Source: Lingula anatina (lineage: Eukaryota > Animalia > Brachiopoda). Taken from it: a stretch of DNA of 64,000 nt. Under the pieces are notes generated by a model, which was given only the letters and a program-made list of their open reading frames with translations, was not told where the DNA came from and did not search any database. The DNA lies in the NCBI GenBank assembly GCA_051362555.1, contig CM120645.1, positions 3,596,001-3,660,000 on the forward strand, written 5' to 3'. A program made the position numbers and the translations under genes. The number at the start of each line of letters is the position of its first letter. Position 1 is the first letter of the stretch. This document shows, in pieces, positions 50,241-63,400 of the stretch.

Positions 50241-52648
50241 TGTCATAAAGCACACATTCCTGGGGTAAGATAGCACACTGACAGGATTCTAAGCTTGACC
50301 TCACAATGACCTACTTCTAATGACTGGCTGCCAAAGGGGACATCCATGTGTCTGCCTAACAGATTGTTATCTCTCTACACATTGTAGAAAAACTTCAGTG
50401 TGCTAGATAACAGGGGTGCACTGACCCTTATGCCCTCTCTGTTAATTTGATTAATTTAGGGTTAAAGATGAAGGAAGGAAAAATGTTAATGCCAGGCTTT
50501 CTATGCCAAGTCAGGTATGCACTTAAAGGGGGGCTACAGCTGTACGATATCCGTGCAAGAGCACCCCCTCCAACACACACACATGCACACACACACATGC
50601 ACACACACACTAGAGAAGTACTCATTTCGTGCTGGTGACTTGTAGGAATCTTTTCAAACTAATCAAATTTTGATCACAAGTATCTATATATCAAAATGAG
50701 GCAACACTTTATCATTATCTTTTAATGAATACGGATTGTTGGGATATTTGTGAAGATGATTACTGTCAGCTCAGGCAGCAATCTGACTCCTGCTTACCAG
50801 TAATCAGACATTTAGGAAAAGAGCAATGTTATTTCCATTAATACGCACAAGCTGGTGACTTATCAATTTAACCATCCAGCATTTGACATTTCAAAGTAAA
50901 CCATCTTGCAAATGCAAAATTAGTCCCGTACCAGTACACATATAAAAGATTGTTTTAAAAATGAATCATGAACTGTAGGTCTTCTAAATGGTTAAGGACA
51001 GGTTGAGGGTCAATCCACACCAATTGTGACCATGAGAACCCTAATATCTGACCATTATAAGACACCACACTCAGCAACCAGGGACATAGTTGAGCCACAA
51101 ATAAATCTACATGCTTCCACAGTATCAACTTCCCTGCTATAAGAACTTATTCTAGTTAAGAGCACCATGCTTCAGTTGTCCATGCTCAGCAGACCTTAAC
51201 ATTCGTTTAGGTCGATTTATTCAATCTCTAAGGCCAAGGGAAACCATTTCATCAGATGTACATTCAGCCTAGAATAAAGACTGAAAAACAGGCCATTGCT
51301 TCATGATCAAACTAGACAACCTAGATACTCTTAAACATGGCACTTGATGGTAAAAGCTAATCTAGTGTGAACAAAGCTGTACGTTCCTTCATGACCCCAA
51401 ATGCATGGTATGCACAGAAATCAGTACATGAAGACAGCACATGATAGACGCAGATGTTTGTGAGGCCAAGGCTGCATATATATAAACTACATTGGTCTAC
51501 TCACTGTATGTGACTCTTGGTGGTGGTTATATATCTATATTACATATTGAATAAATGCATAGGTAGATTAACACCATAGCATCGTTCTTTGAGTTGCACA
51601 TAACATGTAAATCCAAATGTCTGCATATGTCAAAAACACAAATACAGTATATACGCAAAAACACTTTGAGATAATTTTTGAAAAGAATACGACCAAGTTT
51701 GTGGAAGAATTAAAAGGAATAAAAGGATTTCTTTTTCTCATTACACAAAAAGGAATAAAAAAGCCTACAAAAACAACATAATTGTGCATACCTGCATGCT
51801 GCATTCAGGCAGGGGCTCATAAAAGAAACAGGTTGTTTGGTTTGCCTTCTAAAGTCAGGGGAGGCATATAGTAACCCAAAGGTCATTGACACGTTACTAT
51901 GGAACATATGGTGCAATCAAGTGTAAGCCACAAGCATACATGTGTAGGCTTAGGCGAGGTCAAAAATGTTGGTCACAGCTTCCTTCCGCATTTATTTAAA
52001 TTCACATGCAGCATGGCGTTGCCCTGAGATGCAGGTCTTCTTTTCAACTTCAGCTACATGCTTAGCCATTTAAGCTGCACCTGTCAGTACACTATGAGAA
52101 GTAGCAACAGGAGTAGCAACGTGAGGGGGGGGGGAGGTCATTAGGATCTCATTCAGCAGCAAGTTTGACTCAAATTTACTAAATCCTTGATAATGCACTG
52201 CATATTACCCATTATCTCAACATCCACATCTTCAAAAACTTCATTGGAAAAAAATTAAGTAATAGTAATAACAAAATAATGAACATCATAATTTACATTT
52301 AATGTTATATAAGCTGACAATATTTCTTGAAAAAGTACCCTGTTCCAAGTACTAGTATATATATAAATATATCTTTCACTGGATAAACCACAATCATGCT
52401 GGCAGCTGGCTCATTTGATTCATATTCCTTTGAATAAAAAACACTTGTATTACACCATTACTCATAAATACAGAGTTCTTCCAATTAAATATGATGTGGT
52501 AGCTTCTAAGTACAGCACCCACACAGCTGCTGCTAAGGAGGGATAGGAGGGGAGGGGGGCACAGCTGTGTGCTTCTAAGGCAATAGCACTTGGATAAGTT
52601 TGTAACATTTCCTTTCTCTCTCTCCTTCTCTCCTTCTTTAAAATTATT

Positions 52649-52679
<31 letters not shown>

Positions 52680-54872
52680 GCTCTCCCTTACAAGCATGTT
52701 TGTTAAAAAACAAGTACATTTCTTTGTTTGATTTACTAAACATTCTAGATTAATGCTGAAAGCTGATTCGATCAAGAAAAAATAAGCAAAGCTTGAACAA
52801 AATCAAAAATACTGTCCATCCAATACCATGTGCAGCGGCAGCATTTCACGCGTTAATTACCTGTTATTATCCAATCATGTCTTACAATACCTTAATGATG
52901 AAGTAGGCCTCTACCTGGCAGTTGCACATGTGATAAGCATGCTATGGCCATGATCTCTACGGTCCAAACACAATAATGACGTCAACTCTACAGACAGTAT
53001 CGATATTCGCTGACTTTTATCTACTAGTATTTGTTATTTTGATGCAAAAGTACTAGTCTGACTTTACATTTACAATATTCTTAGCTTGAGTGCTCCTTAA
53101 AGTGGGATTTATTTAAACAATTTTTGAAATATTTATAAAAAGATTGATATTCTGACAATAATATGATCCAGGTAAAATCAGTTACTTTGCATGGCTATGT
53201 GGTGGTTGGTTTAGGATAAAGGTTTTTTTGTTTCTTTGCTGCACATGATTGCAACATATTTATTAAAATGCTATAATTACAAAGACATTTCAAATGCTAC
53301 ATCTGACTTGGGGCAGTTTGACCCTAAGAATTAAACATATTGGAGATGTCCCTTATTATAAAAAGCTTCACGATACCTGGAACTTAAGCCAAAAATAAAA
53401 GCCAAATAAAGAGAAACATCTTTTGTTTAGGAGGATTGATTTTTTTTCCCATAGAAATGCATGTGTCCCTTACATATATACTTATTTCACATAATGATCA
53501 ATATTAATCACAATTCTAACTTTGGATGAAAACAGGACCATTGTGTAGAGTACTCCTTTTGTGCAAAATCATTAAATGTACTTTTATGTAGTAGTCTGTC
53601 TTTCATGACCCCAGTCCTAAAGAGGACTGAGTAAGTATGTAGTATGTCACAAATACCTTGGCAGCAGAAGAGAGCCCACAAACACTCACTTTACCTGTCA
53701 CTTTCAGGGTGTTCTTAAACTTGAACTTTTTAGAAAACAATATTTATGATATACATGACCCACAGACCCTCATGATACTCAACCTACAGACAATCCTGAA
53801 ACCTTTTGACTTCCAGGGTGTTGTTTGTCATGTTTCTAGTACAGCCACCAGTCGGCCCTGTTTATAACTTTAAAGGCTTCAGATATATATATTTAAATAT
53901 ATATGGCCTTGGCCTCTTTGTAGTGCTTCACCAGCATTTGTCCCAGATAAGAACTTACACTGGAACTGGTGGACCAGGGACCCCCTTTATAGACACATAT
54001 CCTGGTGATAAGTGAAAACAATTGTCTTACAATTTCCCAGATTTACTGAAATGGCACTGGTTCACGTCTTGCAGCTGTGGATCACGTGCCCGGGAAAGAT
54101 GTTTTTAAAGAGCAAATGCCATTCATTCTTACGGAATTTATTTTCTACACTGGCAACATTCCAATTAATAAGATGCCTGTGACGTTAAATATATGCTATA
54201 GATTTATAAATGTTAAATTTTACATCTAGCCATGATGGACAAAATCTCCAGCACTTTAATTAAGGTGGTGGTGGTGGGGGGGGGGGGAGTGAGGAGGAAA
54301 TCACCCATTATTCTCAAATGAAAAGTCACTAATTTTTAAGTTCTAAAAATTCATTTTCTTAGCAACTGTTCATACAATTGATAAATCCATAAGCAACAGC
54401 AAAACTAAAACAAATAATTATTAATAAAATAAATACCAAAAGTTATATACTTAATATATTCACCAAATACTACGTAAAGTGGCAGTAACTACCATATGAC
54501 TTGAGACACAAGGAGACGCAAGGAGAGTACCTGTTTTCACCTGAAAATAATTCCATGACCTTTTGACCTCAGACAAAACTATATGTCAAACATTTCCTAA
54601 TAATTTGCCACATCCTTCATTTTGTGATACCGTTAAATTTGCAAAACCACTGAGCAAATTTATCACAAGTACTAGTAATTGACATGTGCTCCAGAGAAAT
54701 CAGCAGTCAAGATCATTTTTCTTGTAGTGTACGCTCCATTAAATGTCATCAAAAATAAGAAACTGATTGCCACAAAACAATCCTATCTTAAGCCTGGGCA
54801 TTTTTTCTTCAATTTTGATCCAAGAAAATAGTCATAAAATACAAAAAATTTTACCAATTTATCATGCCAAAA

Positions 54873-54912
<40 letters not shown>

Positions 54913-56095
54913 GGATGAAGAGTTCTATGACATCACACTTTTGACACAAAGAACATTATATTTTCAAAACCAAAATTAGTCACCCCTAAGTGAATTCACG
55001 AAAGATAAAAAAACAGAGGCATGTCTTCAGAGAAACGCCATGGAGGACAGTCTATATATACGACTTCACTTGAGAAACCTTAAGTAATCTTAATAGTTCT
55101 GTTTGCCAAGGACTTGAGAGGAAATTAATTCACAGAGATGCCATTCAATTCTCTATATCTCTTCATCTCTCAGCTATTTAAAGAAAAATTCTCTGGCAAC
55201 AGCAAAAGACCATTACTAGTATAGATCACAGCGCATGGAAAGATGAAAAATTGTACATCTGAAGTGCAATTCCAACAAGATTCTATAAGTTACAAGAGAG
55301 TGCAGACGGACTGAACAGAATCAATATCTTGGAGAGTTTCTGAAACCCGCGACCTTAAACCAGACAGACAGCTTGGCTTTGAAGTCAACGCTAAGCAAAC
55401 CCTCTCCACTGAGCTATACCTCTTTATTATACCTCTTAGTGTCTTTGTATGTGAAAGAGAGAGGAATGACAAGAACTGTTCGTCAAAAGAGTACTAAAAG
55501 CAGTATAACAGCAAATATATCAAAAAGTCCACCATAGCAGATAACTTTAAAGTGAATAAAGCCCTCAATGATTTCCAAGCATAATATGAGGTAGCTACCT
55601 ATCAGAACAGCAATGTTTTTCTTCGTAAAAAGCATTAAATACATGTGAGCAACAGTTTAACATGACTTTTGTCAAATTTGGAATTCATCAATCCTTCTGA
55701 ATAACATGGATGACAATAGACTGATAAACTCTGGGAAATACACTCCTTCTTTTCAAAGAAAATGGTTCCATTTCACCTCCTAACCTCCATCTCTGCTCCT
55801 CAAGATGAGCCTCATTACGTGACACTACCTTTCTGAAAATGTTTTTGTGAAATACCACATACTAGTCAGCAGCCACTCAACCTGGGCAGCTCAAAAAGAT
55901 AGTCCCCATGTCAAGAATGACATGCAACCTTATGAGAAAAGGTGAGTTTGAATTCAGTCATTATTTCCTGGCGACAGCCAATGCCACTCATTCAATTACC
56001 ACAGATAGGATCAGTAAGGCCAATACCCTAGTAGTAGTAACATATATGCTCAAAAAAATTAATATTAAATCTGAAAGGGAGAAATTGCCAGTTAA

Positions 56096-58224
56096 GGTCG
56101 GTGATAGGGTTAAATACGCTTAAAATCGTGTTTTTGAGTTTTTTGTGTGTTTATATTACTCAAAAAAGTATCTAACGTTGGATGTAATAATTTTTATGAA
56201 TTTGCATCGCAAAATGCGTCTTTTGATGAGTTTTTCAACCGGCACGCGCCCCAGTCAGGCTGACAACTAAGCCACGCCTCTGTTACTAAGGGCCGTTGCC
56301 ATGAGGGGGTCGGAGCACAGTTAATGAGTTATAAGCCGATTACGTGTGCGGTAATAGGTCATAAGTCTTACATCAGCTTAGCAGCGAAGAAGTCTAGCTA
56401 GTACACTATGGGGAAGAGAAAAGTTCGTGTTAAAAGTCCCTTTCCAGAGGAAAGAAAGAAAATTTTGAGAGTAAGGCCTATGCGTGGCGGTTGGGGAAAA
56501 CCGGCCCTATTTGTTCAGTCGGATGACTGATTTCTGTATACCTAATAAATGGGTGAAAGAGTTAATCGAAACGTCTAAATTAATTGACAAATGAAAGAAA
56601 AATCGATAAAAACATAAATAAAAAAGCTAAAAAAGGATACTTTTAGCCTAGCCTTTAATTTTTGCGATATATATCGTCGAGCGTATCTGCGACACGTTAC
56701 GAAACCGGAAATGATTGTTGGTCGCCGTTTGCAAAAGGTAAATCTAATGTTGACAAAATAAAATTTTATTCTCCAAGATATGATATCATGGAGCTTGAGA
56801 GACACGCGAAAAATTGTGATTTGAATGGCCAAACAAGAGAAATCCAAGCAAAGGTTGACAGCATGATTAAAACTATAAAAATAAAAACGCATGTTAGCGG
56901 CTTTGCATTTTGCGATATTTGGAGAAAAACAATTTCAAAATCACTGATCAAGCGGGAAGAAAGAGTTCAAGTGTCCAAAAATGAAAATCACAAAAAGACC
57001 CCGAGAATAGTCAAGGCTAGCAGGTAAAAAGCAAATAAGGTCTAAGTGTCATGTGTGTAAAAATAAAATATTTATTCAAAAGCCTTCTCTCAGCCACTTT
57101 TACCGCTGAATCTTGTGCAGCTGAGCGTCTCCCCTTTATCTTAGCTGGCATTTTGAGCGAGACCGCTCTGAAGTAATCACTGGATTTTTCCGTTGATCTG
57201 ACGACTACCAAGTGCCGTGCAAAATAATCCTGCAGCGTTACCCGTCAAAAAACTCGTATCAACACAAGTGACGGACACTTGCTCTCGACACAGTTTTATC
57301 TGATCACTTTGCCGATAACAAAGAAGGAATCTCTCAGGTAAAATTACTCGATTGCCGAGGAAGAGCCATTGAAACGTTCAAATGCATCTTCACACCTCTT
57401 AATTGCGGTTAAACGTAATCACCTTTGTTAGCGCTTCCTTCTACATATCCTTGACACCCTACTGGGCATCACAAGGCTAGGGCCCTCTCCAGAGCTGTCA
57501 ATCAAAATGGCGGCACGCTTACATGCCTAACGAGTGGTCGGAAAATGTAACAAAAGCACGATTTTCTGCCCCTTCAAAGCACCCAAACAAAATATTTTTA
57601 GATGACAATAAGCAATGGTTCCAGCTGATCGTATAACCGATAACAGGTAAATTTGTCAGCTAAGCATTTGACTAATAAGCCCTGTTAACCAACCTGTGAA
57701 CGTTTTTGGCTGTTTTAACAGCTTTCTATATTGACGAGATAAGTGAATCGCTCCCAAGTATATCTCACTATCTGAGCAACCGATCGTTACAAAAGTTGCA
57801 CCTATTGTTGTTAGGAATGTGGACTACAGCATGATATCAGGGGTTTAAGAGAAAATTGTTTGTTTGAAAGATATCGCCTTTTGAAGTGAATAAGCCATTG
57901 AAATATGGGGTAATTTAACGTAAAAGATGATAAAATCAAAAGTAAATAGTTTAAGACAATTCCCTGGTACCGCGCTGAAGTGCTTTCACCCAGCTTTATG
58001 AGGCCTTTTGAATCACTTGAATAGCTGTCTTGGTTATAGAGAAAATCCCAATACCGAAAACGGCATTTTTCCCCTCAAATTGGCGCCAGAGCCTCATCCG
58101 TTGGACACTGTACTTAATCCCCGTCTTTAATTGGCCTTTTGGGAAGTTTGTTTTAATTTTTTATAAAAACTTATAAGCCCAGGGCTTTGTTTCTATGACT
58201 TTGGTCCTTTTACTATCACCGGCC
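56096..58224. mobile_element. 2.1-kb Kolobok-like non-autonomous DNA transposon
   Basis: TTAA|GGTCGGTGATAG ... CTATCACCGGCC|TTAA, CpG-rich interior, short Lys-rich ORF remnants (56408 onward; 56662-57027), no complete transposase. Confidence 0.82.
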
Positions 58225-58325
58225 TTAAATATGTCCTTATATATATGACATCATTCAATTTACTGACAAGTAAATCTCAGTTGAAAATAACCCCATATAC
58301 TTCTGTGGGAGGCAACAGTAATTTA

Positions 58326-58582
58326 GGCTTCGTTCACATGCAATGTCTATTTTCTAAATTCTATTTTCTATTTGCGGCATGTCTTATGATCACGGTCTGT
58401 GCACTGAATATCCCGCCGCGTAATTACTGGCAGCGCGAGCCAGTTACTATAAGTTACTATAAGTAACTGGCTCGCGCTGCCAGTAATTACGCGGCGGGAT
58501 ATTCAGTGCACAGACCGTGATCATAAGATAGCGCGAATAGAAAATAGAATTTAGAAAATAGACATTGCATGTGAACGAAGCC
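58326..58582. mobile_element. Palindromic PIF/Harbinger-like MITE, copy 2 (near-perfect hairpin)
   Basis: About 120-bp arms GGCTTCGTTCACATGCAATG...GCGCGAGCCAGTTACT, TTA on both sides. Confidence 0.9.
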
Positions 58583-59330
58583 TTAGTCTTATTCTTTGAC
58601 ATGACCTTGGCCTGGCTTATTTATATATCTGGAGGTGACAGAAAAGATTATCAAGATTTTGTCTGTTTGTTTATCTAATACTGTACCCATTACATAGTAT
58701 GTACCATATGGTTCTAAGCACATCATCTGAGGGAAATCAAAACAGATTAAAAATACAAGCTAAACACTACATCAGATAACAAGACAATAGAGCACCCCCC
58801 CCCCCCCCCCCCCCCCACAAAAAAAAAAAAAATCCAAGTGGCTCTCGCTCCTGCCATGCAATGTGAATAGTTGGCTTAAGTACAAAAGATCTATAAGTTA
58901 TAGCACATACGATGTGAGGAACAGGTGCATGCACTGAGCTGAGCCCAAAATATGAGATCCGCATCCCCGGCGTCATTAAAATTCCACCCAACTTAAAACA
59001 ATCCAAGGTGTCTGTCATTGTCGCTTTTTACAATGTAAACAGGTCTAGACGGTTTTCAAGTATAATGCCTTATGTGTGCACCGTTCTTAATGTTTTCAGA
59101 GAGATAAATTTGACACTAGTGTAACTGGTCCCAGCACTAAGAGAAAGAGGCCATCGACCTGCACCGCTACCATTGCCAATCATTCACCAATTAGGTTGGT
59201 TTCCAAAAAAAAAAAAATTCTACATCTAATTGCTTCTGTAGGACGCAGTCTGCTTAACAAAACATTTTGTGGATTTGACGCAATTGCAGTCAGTTATGCG
59301 ACAAAAATTGCGAATAACATGCATGCTTAC

Positions 59331-59646
59331 CTTGCCATTTCGATCATCTGATCAGCGAATGGACATGTTTGTTTGCGTCCGACCTTCTGCACCTTGGCCT
59401 TAGAGCAGTCTGGTCACGGGACCGCTTATGTTCTGGACAAAAAATTATGCAAGCGTTTTCTTCTTGCAGTACAACATCACTGGCATTTTATATTCTTCTA
59501 AATTGATAAGTATATTTTTTGTTGAATAACCAGAAATTTATTGCTGTCATATCAGAAATGTAGATATGTGGTTTCAATAACCTTGAAGTTGGATATACAT
59601 TTATCATGTTCTAAGAGATAATAATTGAATTGGATGCTGGGAAAAC
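59331..59646. promoter_or_regulatory. Putative bidirectional promoter: non-coding first exon of the nuclear receptor (minus) and AUH 5' region
   Basis: Strong minus-strand donor AAG|GTAAGC at 59330, CpG-rich patch, YY1-like AACATGGCAGC over the AUH ATG. Assigning the minus-strand exon to the receptor is inference. Confidence 0.5.
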
Positions 59647-60376
59647 ATGGCAGCCTCCTGTCGCTTCTCAAGGTTCTTGTGGAATCCCCACAAATGTCGC
59701 GTCGTTGATGTCGCTCGCAGATGTCTGAGTGTGCAGACGGAACGCGAGGCCGAAGTGCGATACCTAGATGGCGATGCATCGGGTAAAAATGATGAGTTGT
59801 AATTTATTGGCTGCTTTTATCAAAACAATATTTGATCCCCGGTGGCCTTCGACTTTGGCCGACGCTTCAACTTGAAGTTCAAGTTGAACAAATACTCACT
59901 GTAACTTGGATCGGTCTATCTGAGTCACTCAACTGCCACAGCTAGAGTTAGGATAGTTTTGTAGTCTGTCTGACATGCCCTAACAGTCAAAGTATAATTT
60001 GACATAAAATATATATATTATGCACCCTTGTATAATAGTAATATGGTTCAAAACTATGCAGTGTGTTATGACATTCACTTCCAGACAAATTTGCAGTACC
60101 TGTTACGAATTTTAAGTGTATATTATTTCATTATAATAATTATAATGTTAAATATATAATGTTAGACCAGTTTCTTATTCAGATGTGTTTTAAACCTAAT
60201 AACACAGAAAAAGCAAAAAATAATACTTTTAATAAATTAATGTTGACGTGTACAAAAATAATTAATTGTGTGCTTCAGGTGTTGCAGTTTTGGCAATGAA
60301 CAGGCCCAAGACTAGAAATGCAATCGGGAAAAATATTTTACAGCTCGTTAGTATATTGATTTTGCTTTGGCTGTTT

Positions 60377-60441
<65 letters not shown>

Positions 60442-63400
60442 CAAATTAAATATTCCGTTTACCCATAAATACTTGAGTTTATATTCAGTGTGTCCTGGTA
60501 TCTGTATAGCCTCAACCATCTTACACACTGAAGGTTTTGAATTGGTTTGCTGTATTACTGGTGAAAAACCAGGAGATAGATCACATAACAGATGGTTACA
60601 TGGTGATAATTGTTATTTCAGTTTCAAGAATCTTTGGAGAAATTCAAGTTTGACAAATCTCTGAGGGTTATTATTTTAAAAAGTGATGTTAAGGGAGCTT
60701 TCTGTGCAGGTATGTGATCAGTGATAATCGGTTAGACCGTTTAGTTGTTTCTTGTTGAGTTGGCTTTTGAGACTGGTCAACACTTATTCCTCCATTAAAA
60801 AGCTAATGCTATACCATGATACAATTTTTAAAAATGCTCTGGTTGATCAAAGATGTCAAGAATTAGAGGACTGGGGGTGCAAAATTTGAGGTTTTCATAA
60901 ATTTTCATAGTATTAATAATTATATGAAATATTGGAAGAATGTGGATAATTGATGAACTGTCAAGGTCAAAAGTTTTTTTTTTTTTTTTTTGCTTTGTTT
61001 TTTCTGTTTTTTTTTTTTTAATGAAAGTGATATATTTGATTATTTGTATTTATAAACACTTTGTACATAGAATGTGATTCTTGTACTTGTGGGCCACTTA
61101 TTCTATTTTTTTTTTTTTGGGGGGGGGGGAGAGGGGTTGAATTGGTCTAGTTTGCCCCCTTTATTAAGGGGAATATCATATTGCTTACAGAGCAGAATAA
61201 AACATAATCCACATTAACTATTATTTTGAATTCACCAGGAGCTGACTTGAAGGAGAGGGCAGCAATGAAGGAGGAAGAAGTAGGCCCTTTTGTGGCCAAG
61301 TTGAGGAGCACCATCTTAGATTTCATGAACCTTCCTCTCCCTACCATAGCAGCCATTGATGGCACAGCATTAGGAGGAGGCTTAGAGATTGCTTTAGGCT
61401 GTGACATTAGGGTAGCAGGTATGTTACCATTTGGGTGGGTTGGTGGGGTGGAGGTTTAACTCAGTTTAGAATTGATCTAGGATCTGAAATATGGGTTGCA
61501 AGTTGGTGGGGTGGAAGTAAAAAAAAATTTTGGCTGTCTTTTAAAAGCAGCCCATTTTTCAATTAAATTTCCAACAAAACCTCAGAGTCTATAATATTAT
61601 GTTTATGTGAAATGCAATTTTTGTGCAGTAAAAGTAAAATACTGCTATAGATGTATTCACTGGTCATTTAGAAAAGAAATCTTTATAACCATACCTGTTT
61701 ATTTCTTCTTTGCCATCCAAACGCTGATTTGTGTATAATCAGTACAGATTTATTGTGATAATTATTAATGCAAAGTTTAAACTTGTATTAATGTTAGATA
61801 TTAACAAGATCCAATATTTTGAGTGAAGTTCCTGTTCATCTTGGTTTTGGTGTGACTGCATCATTCCACATGTAAATATTTTTTAGCTGACTCTGCCAAA
61901 ATGGGCCTCACCGAAACAAAACTTGCAATCATTCCTGGAGGAGGTAGGTGTTATAGTATCAAAAGTCTCATGACATGAAACACCTTGCTTATTCAGTATT
62001 GTATTTGTTCAACATTTATTCATTGAAATACTTAACAGGTGCCTACATCCTAACATGAGCTCAGCATGCTTTTAAGAACCATGTTATTTTTTTTTTCAAT
62101 ATTACTGAAAACTAAAGTGATAAGTGGTATTTTAATAAGCTCTGTACCAGAAACGGCATCATAAAAAAGACATAAAATCAAAATTTCATGGACATAACAT
62201 GGCCCCTCTGAAATGGGTTTCATTTGAAAGAGTACAAGTTTAAACATGTTATAAATATGTTTTTTTAACTTTGCACAGTTGTGAAACTGTCATTAAATGC
62301 CACTTAGTACTTCAAAGGCAGCTCTATAACCATTTTAGAAAGTATGCATGTAGCACTGTTACTCACAACTCTTTGGGGTAGATTCTGTAAATATGGGAAT
62401 AATGAATTATATTTAGGTGGCACTCAGAACCTAGCCAGAGTGTGTGGTCCCTCTGTGGCCAAGGAGTTGATTTTTACGGCTCGGGCTCTGGATGGGGTGG
62501 AGGCACATAGGATGGGAGTAGTGAACCACGTCGTAGAACAGAATGATGACGGGGATGCAGCTTATTTAAAAGCTCTGCAGCTGGCTAAGGAGATAGCACC
62601 ACAGGTGGGTGGGTAAAAAGTGGCACAACTGACACAATCTTAGCACACCCAACACAATGCCATCACCTTGCATAACTAATGCAATCTTAGCATGCTAAGG
62701 GCAATACCAGTACCTGTCACAAGTCTTTACAACTAATTTTATTCAACAAACCCAAATTAAGAAACATGCCCAATACAGCCATAACATCTTAAATATGTTA
62801 TTTCATTGCTTGACACAGCCAATCACACCCATCTCAACCATAATCTCCTACATTATCTTTTGCCTAACACAGTCATCACACCTAACACAACCATCACATC
62901 TAACACAACCATCACATCTTACATTATGTCATTGCCTAACACAACCATCACACCCTACATTACCTCCTTGTCTGTTGTAACCATCTCACTTTTAAGTATT
63001 ATAAATATCGTTGTACTTACCAATATGTGACATTGTCACCATAGACAAGTCATTTCCTCAAACCCAGGCAACTTTCCCTCATGATGCTAGAAAGTGAAAG
63101 TTTACAACTGTAAATAGGGTTATCAGATCTGAATTTTCTCTACAGATTTGGACATGGTACAACTAAGGAAAATTGCTGAAATTTCCAGGAATAGATTTGA
63201 AATTGCTACATTTAAGTAAGCCTCGTGCCTATTGCCTGCTTTTAAAAGGATATTTACTGTATAGAGACCTCATTCCTCCTTTGCATACCAATTACCTATA
63301 GGTCAGTGACCTAGGTAAAGCTACACTAGTGGTCTTGATTTGGTCTTAAAGTGCAATTTAAGAACACAAATAGTCCTACATGATCTTAAAACATGAGTAA

